Source: Pedobacter sp.
GTDB taxonomy: Bacteria; Desulfobacterota; Desulfuromonadia; Desulfuromonadales; Syntrophotaleaceae
Assembly (NCBI GenBank): GCA_050253415.1
Contig: JBFWJC010000002.1
Span: 544,725-608,724 of the forward strand
Reading direction: 5' to 3'
DNA: 64,000 nt
Shown here: piece after piece, positions 40,038-49,782 of the stretch
How the letters are laid out: each line of letters opens with the position of its first letter
How positions within the stretch are numbered: position 1 is the first letter of the stretch
Made by a program: the position numbers and the translations under genes
Notes under the pieces: generated by a model
Databases searched by the model: none
Told to the model about the DNA's origin: nothing
Seen by the model: the letters and a program-made list of their open reading frames with translations, nothing else

Positions 40038-40688
40038 TCACTCGGGCTTGTCGGCAGATAGTGCCGATTCCGAGCCATTCATAAGTCTGACTCTCCCCCG
40101 AAAACGATCGCATACTTCCTTGTAAAAGGCAGGCACGTCGCTGCAGGGCAGGCAGGCGTATATTTCAACCTCGTGAGTATAGCAAATATCCTCCAGGGCA
40201 AAGCCCTGTATGTTCAAAAGTCGACGCAGGGCGTCCTCGTCGGCGTACGGTAAAACAAACCTTACTCTTTTTGAGGGGATAAATTTATCCAGAGGTAACT
40301 CTTCCAGGACCTTTTGTACGCTCCCCGCGTAAGCTCTTACAAGGCCTCCCGTGCCGAGACGGATACCGCCGAAATAACGGATTACCACGGCGGCGACTTC
40401 ACCGATACCGCTGTGGCGCAGCACATTGAGGATGGGGCGGCCCGCTGTGCCCTGGGGTTCGCCGCCATCGCTCATGCCGATATCCATGGTCGTTGCCGGG
40501 TCACCTGCCACAAATGCCGAGCAATAATGGTTGGCACCTGGCCATTGCTCCTGTGCCTTGATGATGAACTGCTGGGCTTCTTCGCGGCCCCGGACGTGAC
40601 CGATTGTGGCGATAAAGCGGCTGCGCTTGATTTCCTGTTCCATCCATATACTTCGAGCCGGTATGAAATAAGACCCTGGGGTAACCAT
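40038..40688 (-). CDS. yigZ: YigZ/IMPACT-family protein
   Basis: IKRSRFI, SDGGEPQGTAG, RYFGGIRLGTGGLVRAY. Confidence 0.9.
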   Translation of the reverse strand: MVTPGSYFIPARSIWMEQEIKRSRFIATIGHVRGREEAQQFIIKAQEQWPGANHYCSAFVAGDPATTMDIGMSDGGEPQGTAGRPILNVLRHSGIGEVAAVVIRYFGGIRLGTGGLVRAYAGSVQKVLEELPLDKFIPSKRVRFVLPYADEDALRRLLNIQGFALEDICYTHEVEIYACLPCSDVPAFYKEVCDRFRGRVRLMNGSESALSADKPE

Positions 40689-41076
40689 AATCTTTGTCTT
40701 TGGAAACGGATGCTATGAGCGGCCGCAAGGTGTCGATGGGAAATGTGCTGCTCCCAGTTTGTTCGGATCAATACTCTCCGCCAGTCAAGACTGCAAAGGG
40801 ACAATGCCGCGACATCGTTGCGCCACGGGTCGGTCTGATCAAAACAGTGCTTATCGGATCGGGTGGGTGAGTTGGTAAATCCACGCCCAAACAAGTCCTG
40901 GCGGTCGGAGAAAAATCCGAAACCTCTATATGATAGGGGTAATTCATTGGCGTGGCCAGAACATTTTTATGTATGACGGGTCTGAATCCAGTGTGTGTGC
41001 AATTGGAATGGTATATTTCAACTGTGGGAAAGATTCATGCAGAAATTGAACGATCACACGGAAAGGACGTGAGACT

Positions 41077-41397
41077 ATGCGCGGCCTGGGTCTAAGCCTG
41101 TTGATGTTATGGGGTCTGTCGGGCACCTGCCTGGTGCATGCGGCTACGGAAGTAACCGTCGATTGGCCCAGCGGAGAGGTTCAAGTGCAGAAAGATGAGC
41201 CGGAAGAAGTGCCACAGGAGCAGATGCCGCCAAACGTTGCCTGTGAAAAAGAGAATAAACGTCTGCGGGCCATTGTCGAAACCCAGCAGGGAATCATTGC
41301 GCGGCAACAGCAAAAGCTGCAGGAGCAACAGGCCATTATTCGCCACAAGGATGGAATTATCCGGGGACTTGATTTGTTGCGGCGTCAGGGTAGGTGA
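41077..41397 (+). CDS. Secreted coiled-coil hypothetical protein
   Basis: Signal peptide (VHA-A), Q-rich heptads, followed by a terminator. Confidence 0.6.
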   Translation: MRGLGLSLLMLWGLSGTCLVHAATEVTVDWPSGEVQVQKDEPEEVPQEQMPPNVACEKENKRLRAIVETQQGIIARQQQKLQEQQAIIRHKDGIIRGLDLLRRQGR

Positions 41398-41436
41398 TGT
41401 ACGGATAGTCCGTAATATCTGAGGTATTAAAAGAAC

Positions 41437-41468
41437 AGGGCCGACAGCATTGCTGTCGGCCCTTTTTT
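41437..41468 (+). terminator. Intrinsic terminator
   Basis: agggccgacagca-t-tgctgtcggccctttttt. Confidence 0.85.
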
Positions 41469-41640
41469 GTGCTGCGGCAGCCAGCGTTGGGCGCTGGATA
41501 CCGCGCGCAAATAGGGCTGGTTGAATTAAATTGAGGGGAAAATATGTTTTTTTAAAACCGGTGTTCGATTTTCCTGAATGACGGTGTTGCCTGGTAAGTG
41601 GCTGAAAGTATAACCGTATTTTGTTTATGTCGGGTTTTGC

Positions 41641-41722
41641 TATGAGGGATAGGGGATCCCCTATCCCTCATAATAACCCCCCCTGAGTGATGGTAAAAGC
41701 CACCTTTGAGCGATTTTATCTA
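41641..41722 (+). promoter_or_regulatory. Perfect 32-bp palindrome overlapping a motif shared with the porin upstream region
   Basis: tatgagggatagggga|tcccctatccctcata (41641-41672); the following atccctcat...ctga...cctttg...gat block recurs at about 46672-46732. Confidence 0.6.
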
Positions 41723-41834
41723 TGTCTACGCCTCTGTTACAAATACCCTGCGCGCAAAAAAGCGGATCTGCACGACCCGAGGTGGAGTTCCTATTTTATT
41801 CACAGCAAAACAGTTTTTCGAAGGAGAGGAAAAG

Positions 41835-42797
41835 ATGGACGCTTTCAGTCTGGATACATTGCTGCTTTGTTTCGGTGGCGGCATTGTCAGTGCGGCATTG
41901 GGTGGGCTGTTTTCTTTCGCCCTTTGCGGTGCCATCGTTGTAGCCGGTTGTCTGGTCGTATTTGCTGGCGGATCGGACTTTATCCTGTTGCAGGTCGGCC
42001 TCGGTCCCATCTGGGGGCCGCATGTCGGTGGCTTTTCTGCGGGAGTTTGCGCGGCGGCTTACGCTGCCGGTATCCGGAACAATAACCCCGGCGGCAGTGG
42101 CAAGGATATCCTCTCGCCCCTGGTTGGGACATCCTGGGATGTTTTGGCTGTTGGCGGCTTTGTTGCGGTTCTCAGTCATCTGTTGTTGCAGGTGCTGACT
42201 ACGATCCCGGTAATCAACCAGTCGGACTGTATCGCCCTTACGATCGTTATTGTGGCGATAGTATCCCGACTGCTGTTCTGTAAGCAGGGACCGTTCGGTT
42301 CTTTGGATTCGATCAAAGAACACGGATTGCTGGGTACCAATGACTGGTCCCTTTCCTGGGTGCCCTGGATGTCCAAAACACCGCAGCTGATCGTTTTCAG
42401 CTTCGGCGCCGGTCTGCTGTCAGGGGCCGTAGCGATGGGCACGAAAGGTATTCTCGCTCCCATGGCGAGTGCCGGCACGATCTCTGCCGCCGGGGCCTTT
42501 GTGGTGCCTCTGATTTTTGGGTGGGGTGTAGCCGCAGCGTCTTTGATCTGTCTGGAACTCGGCAACGGTGAGATCCAGAAGTTCCCGGTCTGGCATTGTC
42601 AGGCGATTCTTGCGGCATTGGCTTACATGCATTTCGGTTCGTTGCTGGTGGCTGGGATTGTCGGTTTGCTCGCAGGACTGCTGCAGGAACTTCTTGCCCG
42701 GATGTTCTGGAACCACGGTTCGACCCATATCGATCCCCCGGCATTCGGCATTGCCGTAGGCACTCTGTTACTGAATCTTGCGAAAGCCGCCATTTAA
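41835..42797 (+). CDS. Uncharacterised Gly/Ala-rich multipass inner-membrane protein (candidate diol permease)
   Basis: About 9-10 hydrophobic segments, GPHVGGF and THIDPPA motifs; first gene of the GRE operon; AAGGAG RBS. Confidence 0.75.
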   Translation: MDAFSLDTLLLCFGGGIVSAALGGLFSFALCGAIVVAGCLVVFAGGSDFILLQVGLGPIWGPHVGGFSAGVCAAAYAAGIRNNNPGGSGKDILSPLVGTSWDVLAVGGFVAVLSHLLLQVLTTIPVINQSDCIALTIVIVAIVSRLLFCKQGPFGSLDSIKEHGLLGTNDWSLSWVPWMSKTPQLIVFSFGAGLLSGAVAMGTKGILAPMASAGTISAAGAFVVPLIFGWGVAAASLICLELGNGEIQKFPVWHCQAILAALAYMHFGSLLVAGIVGLLAGLLQELLARMFWNHGSTHIDPPAFGIAVGTLLLNLAKAAI

Positions 42798-42916
42798 ATA
42801 AGCGGTTTTTAGGTAAGTAAAATATGACCAAAATCCTGTGAAACACTACGTCCAAAACGGACGCTGAGAGCACCTTGAAGCATCTGTCAAATCTCTTTAA
42901 CCGTAAGGAGAAAGTC

Positions 42917-45319
42917 ATGTCTCAAAAACAAACTGTTCAGATCAATTCCGCAGTAGCCGAGCATGGACCGTCGAATCGCGTGGAGCAGGTTAAGGACCGG
43001 TTCCTTACCTACACTCCCGAAATCTGCCCGGAACGGGCCCGTCTGATCACCGAGTCCTATAAGGAAACCGAAGCTCTGCCAATGCATCTGCGTCGGGCCA
43101 AGTCTCTGGAAAAGATTCTGGCCGGCATGTCGATTTTCATCGAGGACGATGAGCTGATCGTCGGCAACCAGTGCAGCAAGCCCCGCTCAACCCCGATCTT
43201 CCCGGAATTTTCCTGCCAGTGGCTGGAAGATGAGCTGGATCGTCTCGCTAAACGCCAGGCGGATGTTTTCCTGATCTCCGAAGATACCAAAGCTATCCTG
43301 CGTGATGAGGTCTTTCCCTACTGGGCCGGAAAAACCAATCAGGAGTACGCGACCTCTTTGATGACTCCCGAGGCACTCGCCGCACAGGGTGCCGGGGTGT
43401 TCACGGTCGGCAACTACTATTTTAACGGTGTCGGTCATATCTCCGTCGATTACCAGAAAGTCCTCGAAGATGGCCTGGACGGTATTATTGCCGAGGCCGA
43501 GTCCGCCAAAGCCACCCTCGATTGCGCTGATCCGGATGACTTGAAGAAGGGGCAGTTCCTCGATGCCGTGATCATCAGCAACAAGGCGGTTATCGCTTTT
43601 GCCAACCGCTTTGCCGACGAAGCTGAGAAGCTTGCAGCGTCTGCCGACGCCACCCGCAAGGCCGAACTGCTGGAAATAGCCCGTATCTGCCGCAAGGTAC
43701 CTGCACAGCCGGCGGCAACCTTCCACGAAGCACTGCAGTCCTTCTGGTTCCTTCAACTGGTGATCCAGATCGAAAGCAACGGTCACTCCATTTCACCGAT
43801 GCGCATGGATCAGTATCTCCATCCTTACTATGCCGCGGATAAGGCCAATCTCGGCGCCGAAAAGGTTCAGGAACTGGTGGACCTGCTGTGGATCAAGATG
43901 GCCGGCGTCAACAAGGTGCGCGACGAGGGCTCGACTCAGGCCTTCGGTGGTTATCCCATGTTCCAGAATATCATCGTCGGCGGTGTCGATCGTCACGGTG
44001 AGGATGCCACCAACGAGCTGTCCCTTATCCTGATGCAGGCGACCGCCAATACCGCCCTGTATGCTCCTTCGCTCTCCGTTCGTATTCACGAAGGGACGCC
44101 GACCCTGTTCTGGAAAAAGGCTGCCGAAGTGGCCCGTCTGGGTCTCGGCATGCCCGCCTGGTACAACGACCGGGTTGTTATTCCCGCTCTTCTGTCACGC
44201 GGCCTGACCCTGGAAGATGCTCGCGATTATGGCATCATCGGTTGTGTCGAGCCCCAGGTTGGCGGTAAGACCGAAGGCTGGCATGATGCTGCGTTCTTCA
44301 GCATGTCCAAGGTTCTGGAGCTGGCTCTGAATAACGGTTACGATCCCATGGGCAAGGTGCAGCTCGGACCGCAAACCGGTTCGGTCGAAGATTTCAAGAG
44401 CTTTGACGACGTGGTGGCTGCGTATCAGAAACAGATGGAATATTTCGTCAAGCTGCTGTGCCATTCTGATAATGCCGTCGACTTGGCTCACGCCAAGAAT
44501 GTTCCCCTGCCTTTCCTCTCCGGGATGGTCGAAGACTGCATCGGTCGCGGCAAGTCGGTCCAGGAAGGTGGCGCCATTTACAATTTTACCGGGCCTCAGG
44601 GCGTCGGTGTGGCCAACGTCGGCGACTCTCTGGCAGCCATCAAGAAATTCTGCTTCGATGAAAAGGTTCTCTCTCTGCCCGAGCTTAAGGCGGCTATGGA
44701 CAAGGATTTCGAAGGCGCCGAGGAACTGCGCCAGATGCTGGTAAATAGGGCACCGAAATACGGCAACGATGATGACTATGCCGACGAGGTGGCGGTTATG
44801 GCGACCGATATCTATTGTGCCGAAGTGCAGAAATACCGCAATCCGCGTAACGGTATTTTCCAGCCCGGACTCTATCCGGTCTCGGCCAATGTGCCCCTGG
44901 GCTGCGTGGTTGCCGCAACGCCCGACGGACGCAAGTGCGGTCAGCCGCTGGCTGACGGGGTTTCGCCGCAGGGTGGGTTCGACACCTCCGGTCCCACGGC
45001 CACCGTCTGCTCGGTCGCTAAACTGGATCACACCGTGGCATCCAACGGTACATTGCTGAACCAGAAATTCTCCCCCGATTCGCTGGCCGGGGAAGACGGA
45101 CTGCAGAAGTTGATTGCCGTTACCGATACCTTCTTCAAGCGGGGCGGATTCCACGTGCAGTACAACGTCATATCCCGCGAGGTGTTGGAAGATGCACAGG
45201 CCAATCCCGATAATTACAAAGGCTTGGTTGTTCGTGTGGCTGGTTACAGTGCCTTCTTTACGGTTCTGGATAAATCGATTCAGAACGATATTATCAGTCG
45301 TACCGAGCAGGTAGCCTGA
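42917..45319 (+). CDS. Glycyl radical enzyme, B12-independent 1,2-diol dehydratase (GD/PD clade)
   Basis: Gly loop VRVAGYS; Cys loop GIIGCVEP; GVGH, ESNGHS, GWHD, YPMFQN and GLYPVSAN. Confidence 0.9.
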   Translation: MSQKQTVQINSAVAEHGPSNRVEQVKDRFLTYTPEICPERARLITESYKETEALPMHLRRAKSLEKILAGMSIFIEDDELIVGNQCSKPRSTPIFPEFSCQWLEDELDRLAKRQADVFLISEDTKAILRDEVFPYWAGKTNQEYATSLMTPEALAAQGAGVFTVGNYYFNGVGHISVDYQKVLEDGLDGIIAEAESAKATLDCADPDDLKKGQFLDAVIISNKAVIAFANRFADEAEKLAASADATRKAELLEIARICRKVPAQPAATFHEALQSFWFLQLVIQIESNGHSISPMRMDQYLHPYYAADKANLGAEKVQELVDLLWIKMAGVNKVRDEGSTQAFGGYPMFQNIIVGGVDRHGEDATNELSLILMQATANTALYAPSLSVRIHEGTPTLFWKKAAEVARLGLGMPAWYNDRVVIPALLSRGLTLEDARDYGIIGCVEPQVGGKTEGWHDAAFFSMSKVLELALNNGYDPMGKVQLGPQTGSVEDFKSFDDVVAAYQKQMEYFVKLLCHSDNAVDLAHAKNVPLPFLSGMVEDCIGRGKSVQEGGAIYNFTGPQGVGVANVGDSLAAIKKFCFDEKVLSLPELKAAMDKDFEGAEELRQMLVNRAPKYGNDDDYADEVAVMATDIYCAEVQKYRNPRNGIFQPGLYPVSANVPLGCVVAATPDGRKCGQPLADGVSPQGGFDTSGPTATVCSVAKLDHTVASNGTLLNQKFSPDSLAGEDGLQKLIAVTDTFFKRGGFHVQYNVISREVLEDAQANPDNYKGLVVRVAGYSAFFTVLDKSIQNDIISRTEQVA

Positions 45320-45326
45320 TATCGGA

Positions 45327-45355
45327 CAGCCGCGGGGGGAGTCCCCCCGCGGCTG
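45327..45355 (+). other. GC-rich hairpin between the GRE and activase genes
   Basis: cagccgcgggggga-g-tccccccgcggctg, no U tract. Confidence 0.65.
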
Positions 45356-45435
45356 GTTAAAGTTCGAAGGGGTTGGGTTTGCCGCAAGTGATCTATTGGC
45401 AATACCGTAATCATTAGCAGAAAGATGGTCGGACC

Positions 45436-46407
45436 ATGAACTGGACAGACAAACTGTATGACTTCAACGCCCTGCAGGAGCCTGAATGGGAGCCTAGAGG
45501 GTTGGTCTTCGATGTGCAACGATTCGCCATTCATGATGGGGGAGGCATTCGTACCAACGTGTTCATGAAGGGATGTCCTCTCGATTGCCTGTGGTGCCAG
45601 AATCCGGAATCGATTCGTTGGCGTCAGGATATCACCTTCATCGAGCCTCATTGCATTCAATGCCGGAAATGCATTGAGGTCTGTCCTGTTTCAGCCATCG
45701 AAACGAATGAAAAAGATCAGCGTGTCACAGGCATCGACAGGAAAAAATGCATTCTGTGTGGAGCCTGTTTCAAGAGTTGCTATGCCGGTGCTATCAATAT
45801 CATCGGTCGCTGGCTTAGCGTCGAGGATCTGGTAGACATGGTCCGTCGGGATACTGATTTTTATATCGCATCCGGTGGAGGGGTGACTTTCAGCGGAGGA
45901 GAACCGACAGGTCAACCCAAATTTTTGCTGGCAGCATTGCAGGCCATGCAGGGAATTGGGTTGCATACAGCCGTGGAGACATGTCTGCATATCGCCTGGG
46001 AGCAGTTGGAACCTTTGTTGCCCCATGTAGATTTGCTGCTTACCGATATTAAGCACATGGATTCTCAGCAGCATAGCACTTTGACCGGTGTGCCCAACGA
46101 TCTGATTCTGGATAATTTCAGAAAGATTGCAGCAAGGAATATCCCTGTAAGGGTTCGTCTACCCTTGATCTGTGGCCTGAACGACAGCACGCAGAATTTG
46201 CAGGCGACGGCGGATCTGGTTCTTTCCTGCAAAAATATCAAGGGTGTGGACGTGTTGCCTTACAACCGACTCGGCATCAGTAAGTGTCGGCAGCTTGGTA
46301 GCGAATACGCACTGGCGGATCTTACTCCTCCTTCGAGGGAAAAAGTCGAGGAGGCAGCCATGTTTTTCCGCAACGTGATAGATGATGTCACTATCGGCGG
46401 TGCGTAG
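45436..46407 (+). CDS. Glycyl-radical enzyme activating enzyme (radical SAM with ferredoxin insert)
   Basis: HDGGGIRT, GCPLDCLWCQNPES, CIQCRKCIEVC and CILCGACFKSC, GGVTFSGGEP. Confidence 0.93.
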   Translation: MNWTDKLYDFNALQEPEWEPRGLVFDVQRFAIHDGGGIRTNVFMKGCPLDCLWCQNPESIRWRQDITFIEPHCIQCRKCIEVCPVSAIETNEKDQRVTGIDRKKCILCGACFKSCYAGAINIIGRWLSVEDLVDMVRRDTDFYIASGGGVTFSGGEPTGQPKFLLAALQAMQGIGLHTAVETCLHIAWEQLEPLLPHVDLLLTDIKHMDSQQHSTLTGVPNDLILDNFRKIAARNIPVRVRLPLICGLNDSTQNLQATADLVLSCKNIKGVDVLPYNRLGISKCRQLGSEYALADLTPPSREKVEEAAMFFRNVIDDVTIGGA

Positions 46408-46607
46408 AAAGCCATTATGAAAATCTGTTTTGGGCGTCTGCTTCTTGTCTTTGTAATGAAGGGATCTGTTCGGAATGTCGGGATTTCGAACGGATCCTAC
46501 CCTCCTGAGTCCAGAGTGAAATTGCAACAGTCTTTTTGAAGCATCCACCCCTTTGCAAAGATCTCTGAATGTTTAAAAAATAGAGTAATATCAATGATTT
46601 ATTGTAT

Positions 46608-46634
46608 GGCCTGCAAATGCGCAGGCCTTTTTTG
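46608..46634 (+). terminator. Probable intrinsic terminator after the activase gene
   Basis: ggcctgc-aaatgc-gcaggcc-tttttt. Confidence 0.65.
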
Positions 46635-46857
46635 TTGGGAATGAAATGGCATTGAAAAGGGGTATGACCCCATCCCTCATTTATCCCTCCTGACGGTTGT
46701 TAGAAATCCCCTTTGTGGGGATGTTTTTCTAATTGTAACAAAGTTATTTTGTGACCGAACTGGGCATGAAATCAGGTAGGGATGGGGGGTGAACATTCAA
46801 CTGCTACGTTTATGCTTTCCTGTAATTCATCAGTACCATTATTTATTGGAGGTAAGT

Positions 46858-48105
46858 ATGCGTTTGACCCGACTTATGGCTGTTGTGTTGGTTGCTATGG
46901 CAACTCAGGTGTTCTTGATTTCTACTTCTTTTGCAACATTTGTCGTTGGTGGGAATGATGGTTGGACATTCAGTACCGATGGGAACGTGAACATTTTTGC
47001 CGCGTATGAAAGCGGCGATGAAAAACCGGCTTTTGGTCTCGGTACCCGTCGTGGCGGGACCATGGCCGATGGTCAGGAAGGTTATCGCGAGCGCGTCGGT
47101 TTCGTCCCCGGATGGCTGGGATTCAATATCAAAGCTCCCACTATGGGCGGATTGGACATGGCGGCTCGTATCAGCTTTTGTCCGACCTTCGATGCAAAGG
47201 ATGTGGGTAAATCCAAGAACTCGTTTGGCAATCAGATCGACCTGCGCGAGATTTATTTCACCGTCGACGGGAACTTCGGGCAGATTCTGGCCGGTAAAAC
47301 TCTCAGCCTGTATCAGGGTGGCAACATTGGTACCGACATGACACTTTGGGGATATGGTGCCCAAGGCGGCATTGACGGTGGTGGTACCCCGCTTGGGCGT
47401 ATCGGTTATGGCTATGTCTACCCCCAGTTCAATGCGCAGGTAAGGTATACCTCGCCCGATGTTGCCGGGTTCAAAATTGCTGTTGGCCTATACGATCCCA
47501 GCGTGATCAATGGCTATACGGTCGAAGCCAGAGAAACCACCTTGCCCCGGGTCGAAAGTGAACTTTCCTATGCGGGAGTTTTTGAGGGCGGTAGCTATAA
47601 AACCTGGGTGTCGGGCATGTATCAGGAGGCCAAATTTACCGGTGACAGCGGTTTGTCCGGAAGTGTCGAAGCTTATGGTGTGGCCGGTGGTATTCAGGTG
47701 CTGTACAAAGGGTTTGACATCGTTCTCTCCGGTTTTGAAAATCAGGGGGTTGGGTCCCTTTTGATGCTTGATTACGACTCTCTGGACTCGGTCGGTGAGG
47801 AGCGTGACGGCAGGGGCTATATCGCACAGCTTATGTATGGGTTTGATAACTCCTGGGGGAAAACCAAACTTGGAATCAGCTATGGCGCCAATATCATGGA
47901 TGAAACGGCAGCGGACAGGCAGGATCGGTTGTCCGGAGCAGAGGTCCAGATTGAGGAGCAAAAGCTGTTCGGTGTTGGCGTCTATCATGACATCAATGCC
48001 AATCTTAAAGTAATCCTTGAGTATTTCTATACCGATAATCAATGGTTTGATGGGGCCGGTCAGCAAAGCAATATGGTTGCAGTGGGTACCTTCTTTACCT
48101 GGTAA
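46858..48105 (+). CDS. Outer-membrane porin
   Basis: Signal peptide (SFA), alternating beta-strand pattern, REIY..VDGNFGQILAGK, C-terminal aromatic (FFTW); GGAGG RBS. Confidence 0.85.
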   Translation: MRLTRLMAVVLVAMATQVFLISTSFATFVVGGNDGWTFSTDGNVNIFAAYESGDEKPAFGLGTRRGGTMADGQEGYRERVGFVPGWLGFNIKAPTMGGLDMAARISFCPTFDAKDVGKSKNSFGNQIDLREIYFTVDGNFGQILAGKTLSLYQGGNIGTDMTLWGYGAQGGIDGGGTPLGRIGYGYVYPQFNAQVRYTSPDVAGFKIAVGLYDPSVINGYTVEARETTLPRVESELSYAGVFEGGSYKTWVSGMYQEAKFTGDSGLSGSVEAYGVAGGIQVLYKGFDIVLSGFENQGVGSLLMLDYDSLDSVGEERDGRGYIAQLMYGFDNSWGKTKLGISYGANIMDETAADRQDRLSGAEVQIEEQKLFGVGVYHDINANLKVILEYFYTDNQWFDGAGQQSNMVAVGTFFTW

Positions 48106-48529
48106 GTTTATTTTGTCCTAGGGGGCTGGCGGGGTGTCTGATTCAGGTGCCCCGTCGCTTTTTAGGCGGCGTGAATGGATAGGATGGGAGGGCGTGGCTT
48201 TAGAGGTGTGGCGCAACTTGTGTTGAAATGCCGAATACGATATATTGATAAACCAAACTAAAATAATATTTTTCAAGTATGGGTATTGCTTAAGAAAGAA
48301 CTACGTATATGTTTGATTGGGAAAGTACAAAGGTTTTTTTGAAGAGGTCTTCACGCCTATTCCGGCATCATAATGTCATTTTAACATTTATAAAGACGCC
48401 AATTTTTCAGCCATACTTATTTCATAATTTGCATTTATAAGGTCACAGTAGTGACCTTTTTGTTTGATTGATGCTGCAGCTATTTTAAAGAGGCAGTCTT
48501 GTAAGACCCGTTGTCCTTTGGAGATATAG

Positions 48530-49177
48530 ATGGGTATGGATACGCATGATCCCGTAAAAGTCTTTTTGGTTGATGATCATCCATTATTGCGAACCGGATT
48601 GAGGTTTACTCTCGATGGTATGGAGGATCTTAATCTTATTGGGGAAGCTTCGGATGGATTTGAAGGCGTTGAAAAAATTCTCAAAAATCCTCCGGATATT
48701 GCGTTGATTGACATCGATTTGCCGGGTATTTCCGGCATTACCGTCATCGAGATGGTCAAAAAAAAGCTTCGCAATATAAAGATTATCGCCCTGTCCTCTT
48801 ATTCTGAAAAAACTTTTGTGACCGGTGCTATGGCCGCTGGTGCGGATGGATACATGCTTAAGGCCATCAGCATTATGGCTTTGGTCGATTTTCTCAGAGA
48901 TTTCGCCAGGGGAGAAAATCCCAGTTCGCCTTATTTGCTTGATATGGCCGTACCCGATGAGGAGGGAGGCGAGCAGGATCCCGTTCATATCACGCCACGG
49001 GAGCATCAAATCCTAGAGTTGATTTCTGAGGGGAAAAGTAACAAGCAGATTTCCAGCGAAATTTTTCTTAGTATCGAAACGGTTAAAACTCATATTAAAA
49101 AGATTTTTAGCAAGCTGGAGGTAAAAAACCGTCTGGAGGCCGTTGTTGCGGCCCGACAGCGGAAAATCATTGAATAA
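48530..49177 (+). CDS. NarL/LuxR-family response regulator
   Basis: LVDDHPLLR, DIDLP, C-terminal TPREHQIL...SNKQI...ETVKTH HTH. Confidence 0.92.
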   Translation: MGMDTHDPVKVFLVDDHPLLRTGLRFTLDGMEDLNLIGEASDGFEGVEKILKNPPDIALIDIDLPGISGITVIEMVKKKLRNIKIIALSSYSEKTFVTGAMAAGADGYMLKAISIMALVDFLRDFARGENPSSPYLLDMAVPDEEGGEQDPVHITPREHQILELISEGKSNKQISSEIFLSIETVKTHIKKIFSKLEVKNRLEAVVAARQRKIIE

Positions 49178-49265
49178 ATGCCGAGGTAGTTATGCTTGCC
49201 TCGCATGGCTAAACAATATGATGCAATGTCGGATGTTCTGAATCGGTTAACCGGGGAGGACGTGC

Positions 49266-49688
49266 ATGGTTGAGGCAAGGATTAGAGTCTTTTTGGCAGA
49301 TGATCACCCTTTGATCCGCACCGGGTTATCGTTGGCGTTTGAATTCGACCCCAAGGTTGCCATTATCGGTACTGCCGACAATGGTTGTGATGCCATAGAG
49401 GAAATAGAAAGGCTTCTTCCCGATCTCGTGCTTATGGATCTCGATATGCCCGGTTTGTCCGGGGTTGCAGCAATAAGGGAATTACGGAAGAAGTTTCCTG
49501 TGATGCAAATTTTGGTCTTGTCCACGTACAATGATCGTAAATACCTTGAAGATTCTCTCGAAGCAGGCGCTACGGGATACGTTTTAAAAACAATAAGTAT
49601 AGAATCATTATCAAATCTGATTATCGATATTAAGGAAAATAACGAAATTGTTTCACCGTACGTGTTATTTCTTAATAGGGATTCGTAA
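49266..49688 (+). CDS. Single-domain NarL-type receiver protein
   Basis: LADDHPLIR, MDLDMP, GYVLK; ends at SPYV without an HTH. Confidence 0.88.
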   Translation: MVEARIRVFLADDHPLIRTGLSLAFEFDPKVAIIGTADNGCDAIEEIERLLPDLVLMDLDMPGLSGVAAIRELRKKFPVMQILVLSTYNDRKYLEDSLEAGATGYVLKTISIESLSNLIIDIKENNEIVSPYVLFLNRDS

Positions 49689-49782
49689 CAGGAAAAACAA
49701 TATTGATCGTATTTTTTTCAAGTTAAATGAAAAAATTCTTTATAAAGCATGACATAAAAGCAGTGGCTTTAAAGAGGTTTAA

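Noticed and set aside
42917..45319. Pyruvate formate-lyase, choline TMA-lyase or hydroxyproline dehydratase
   Set aside because: Single-Cys GIIGCVEP loop (PFL has CC); surrounding motifs match the glycerol/propanediol dehydratase clade rather than CutC or HypD as I recall them.
48439..48458. aaggtcac-agta-gtgacctt palindrome upstream of the NarL regulator
   Set aside because: Cannot distinguish operator from weak terminator; it is a single occurrence and does not match the shared GRE/porin motif.
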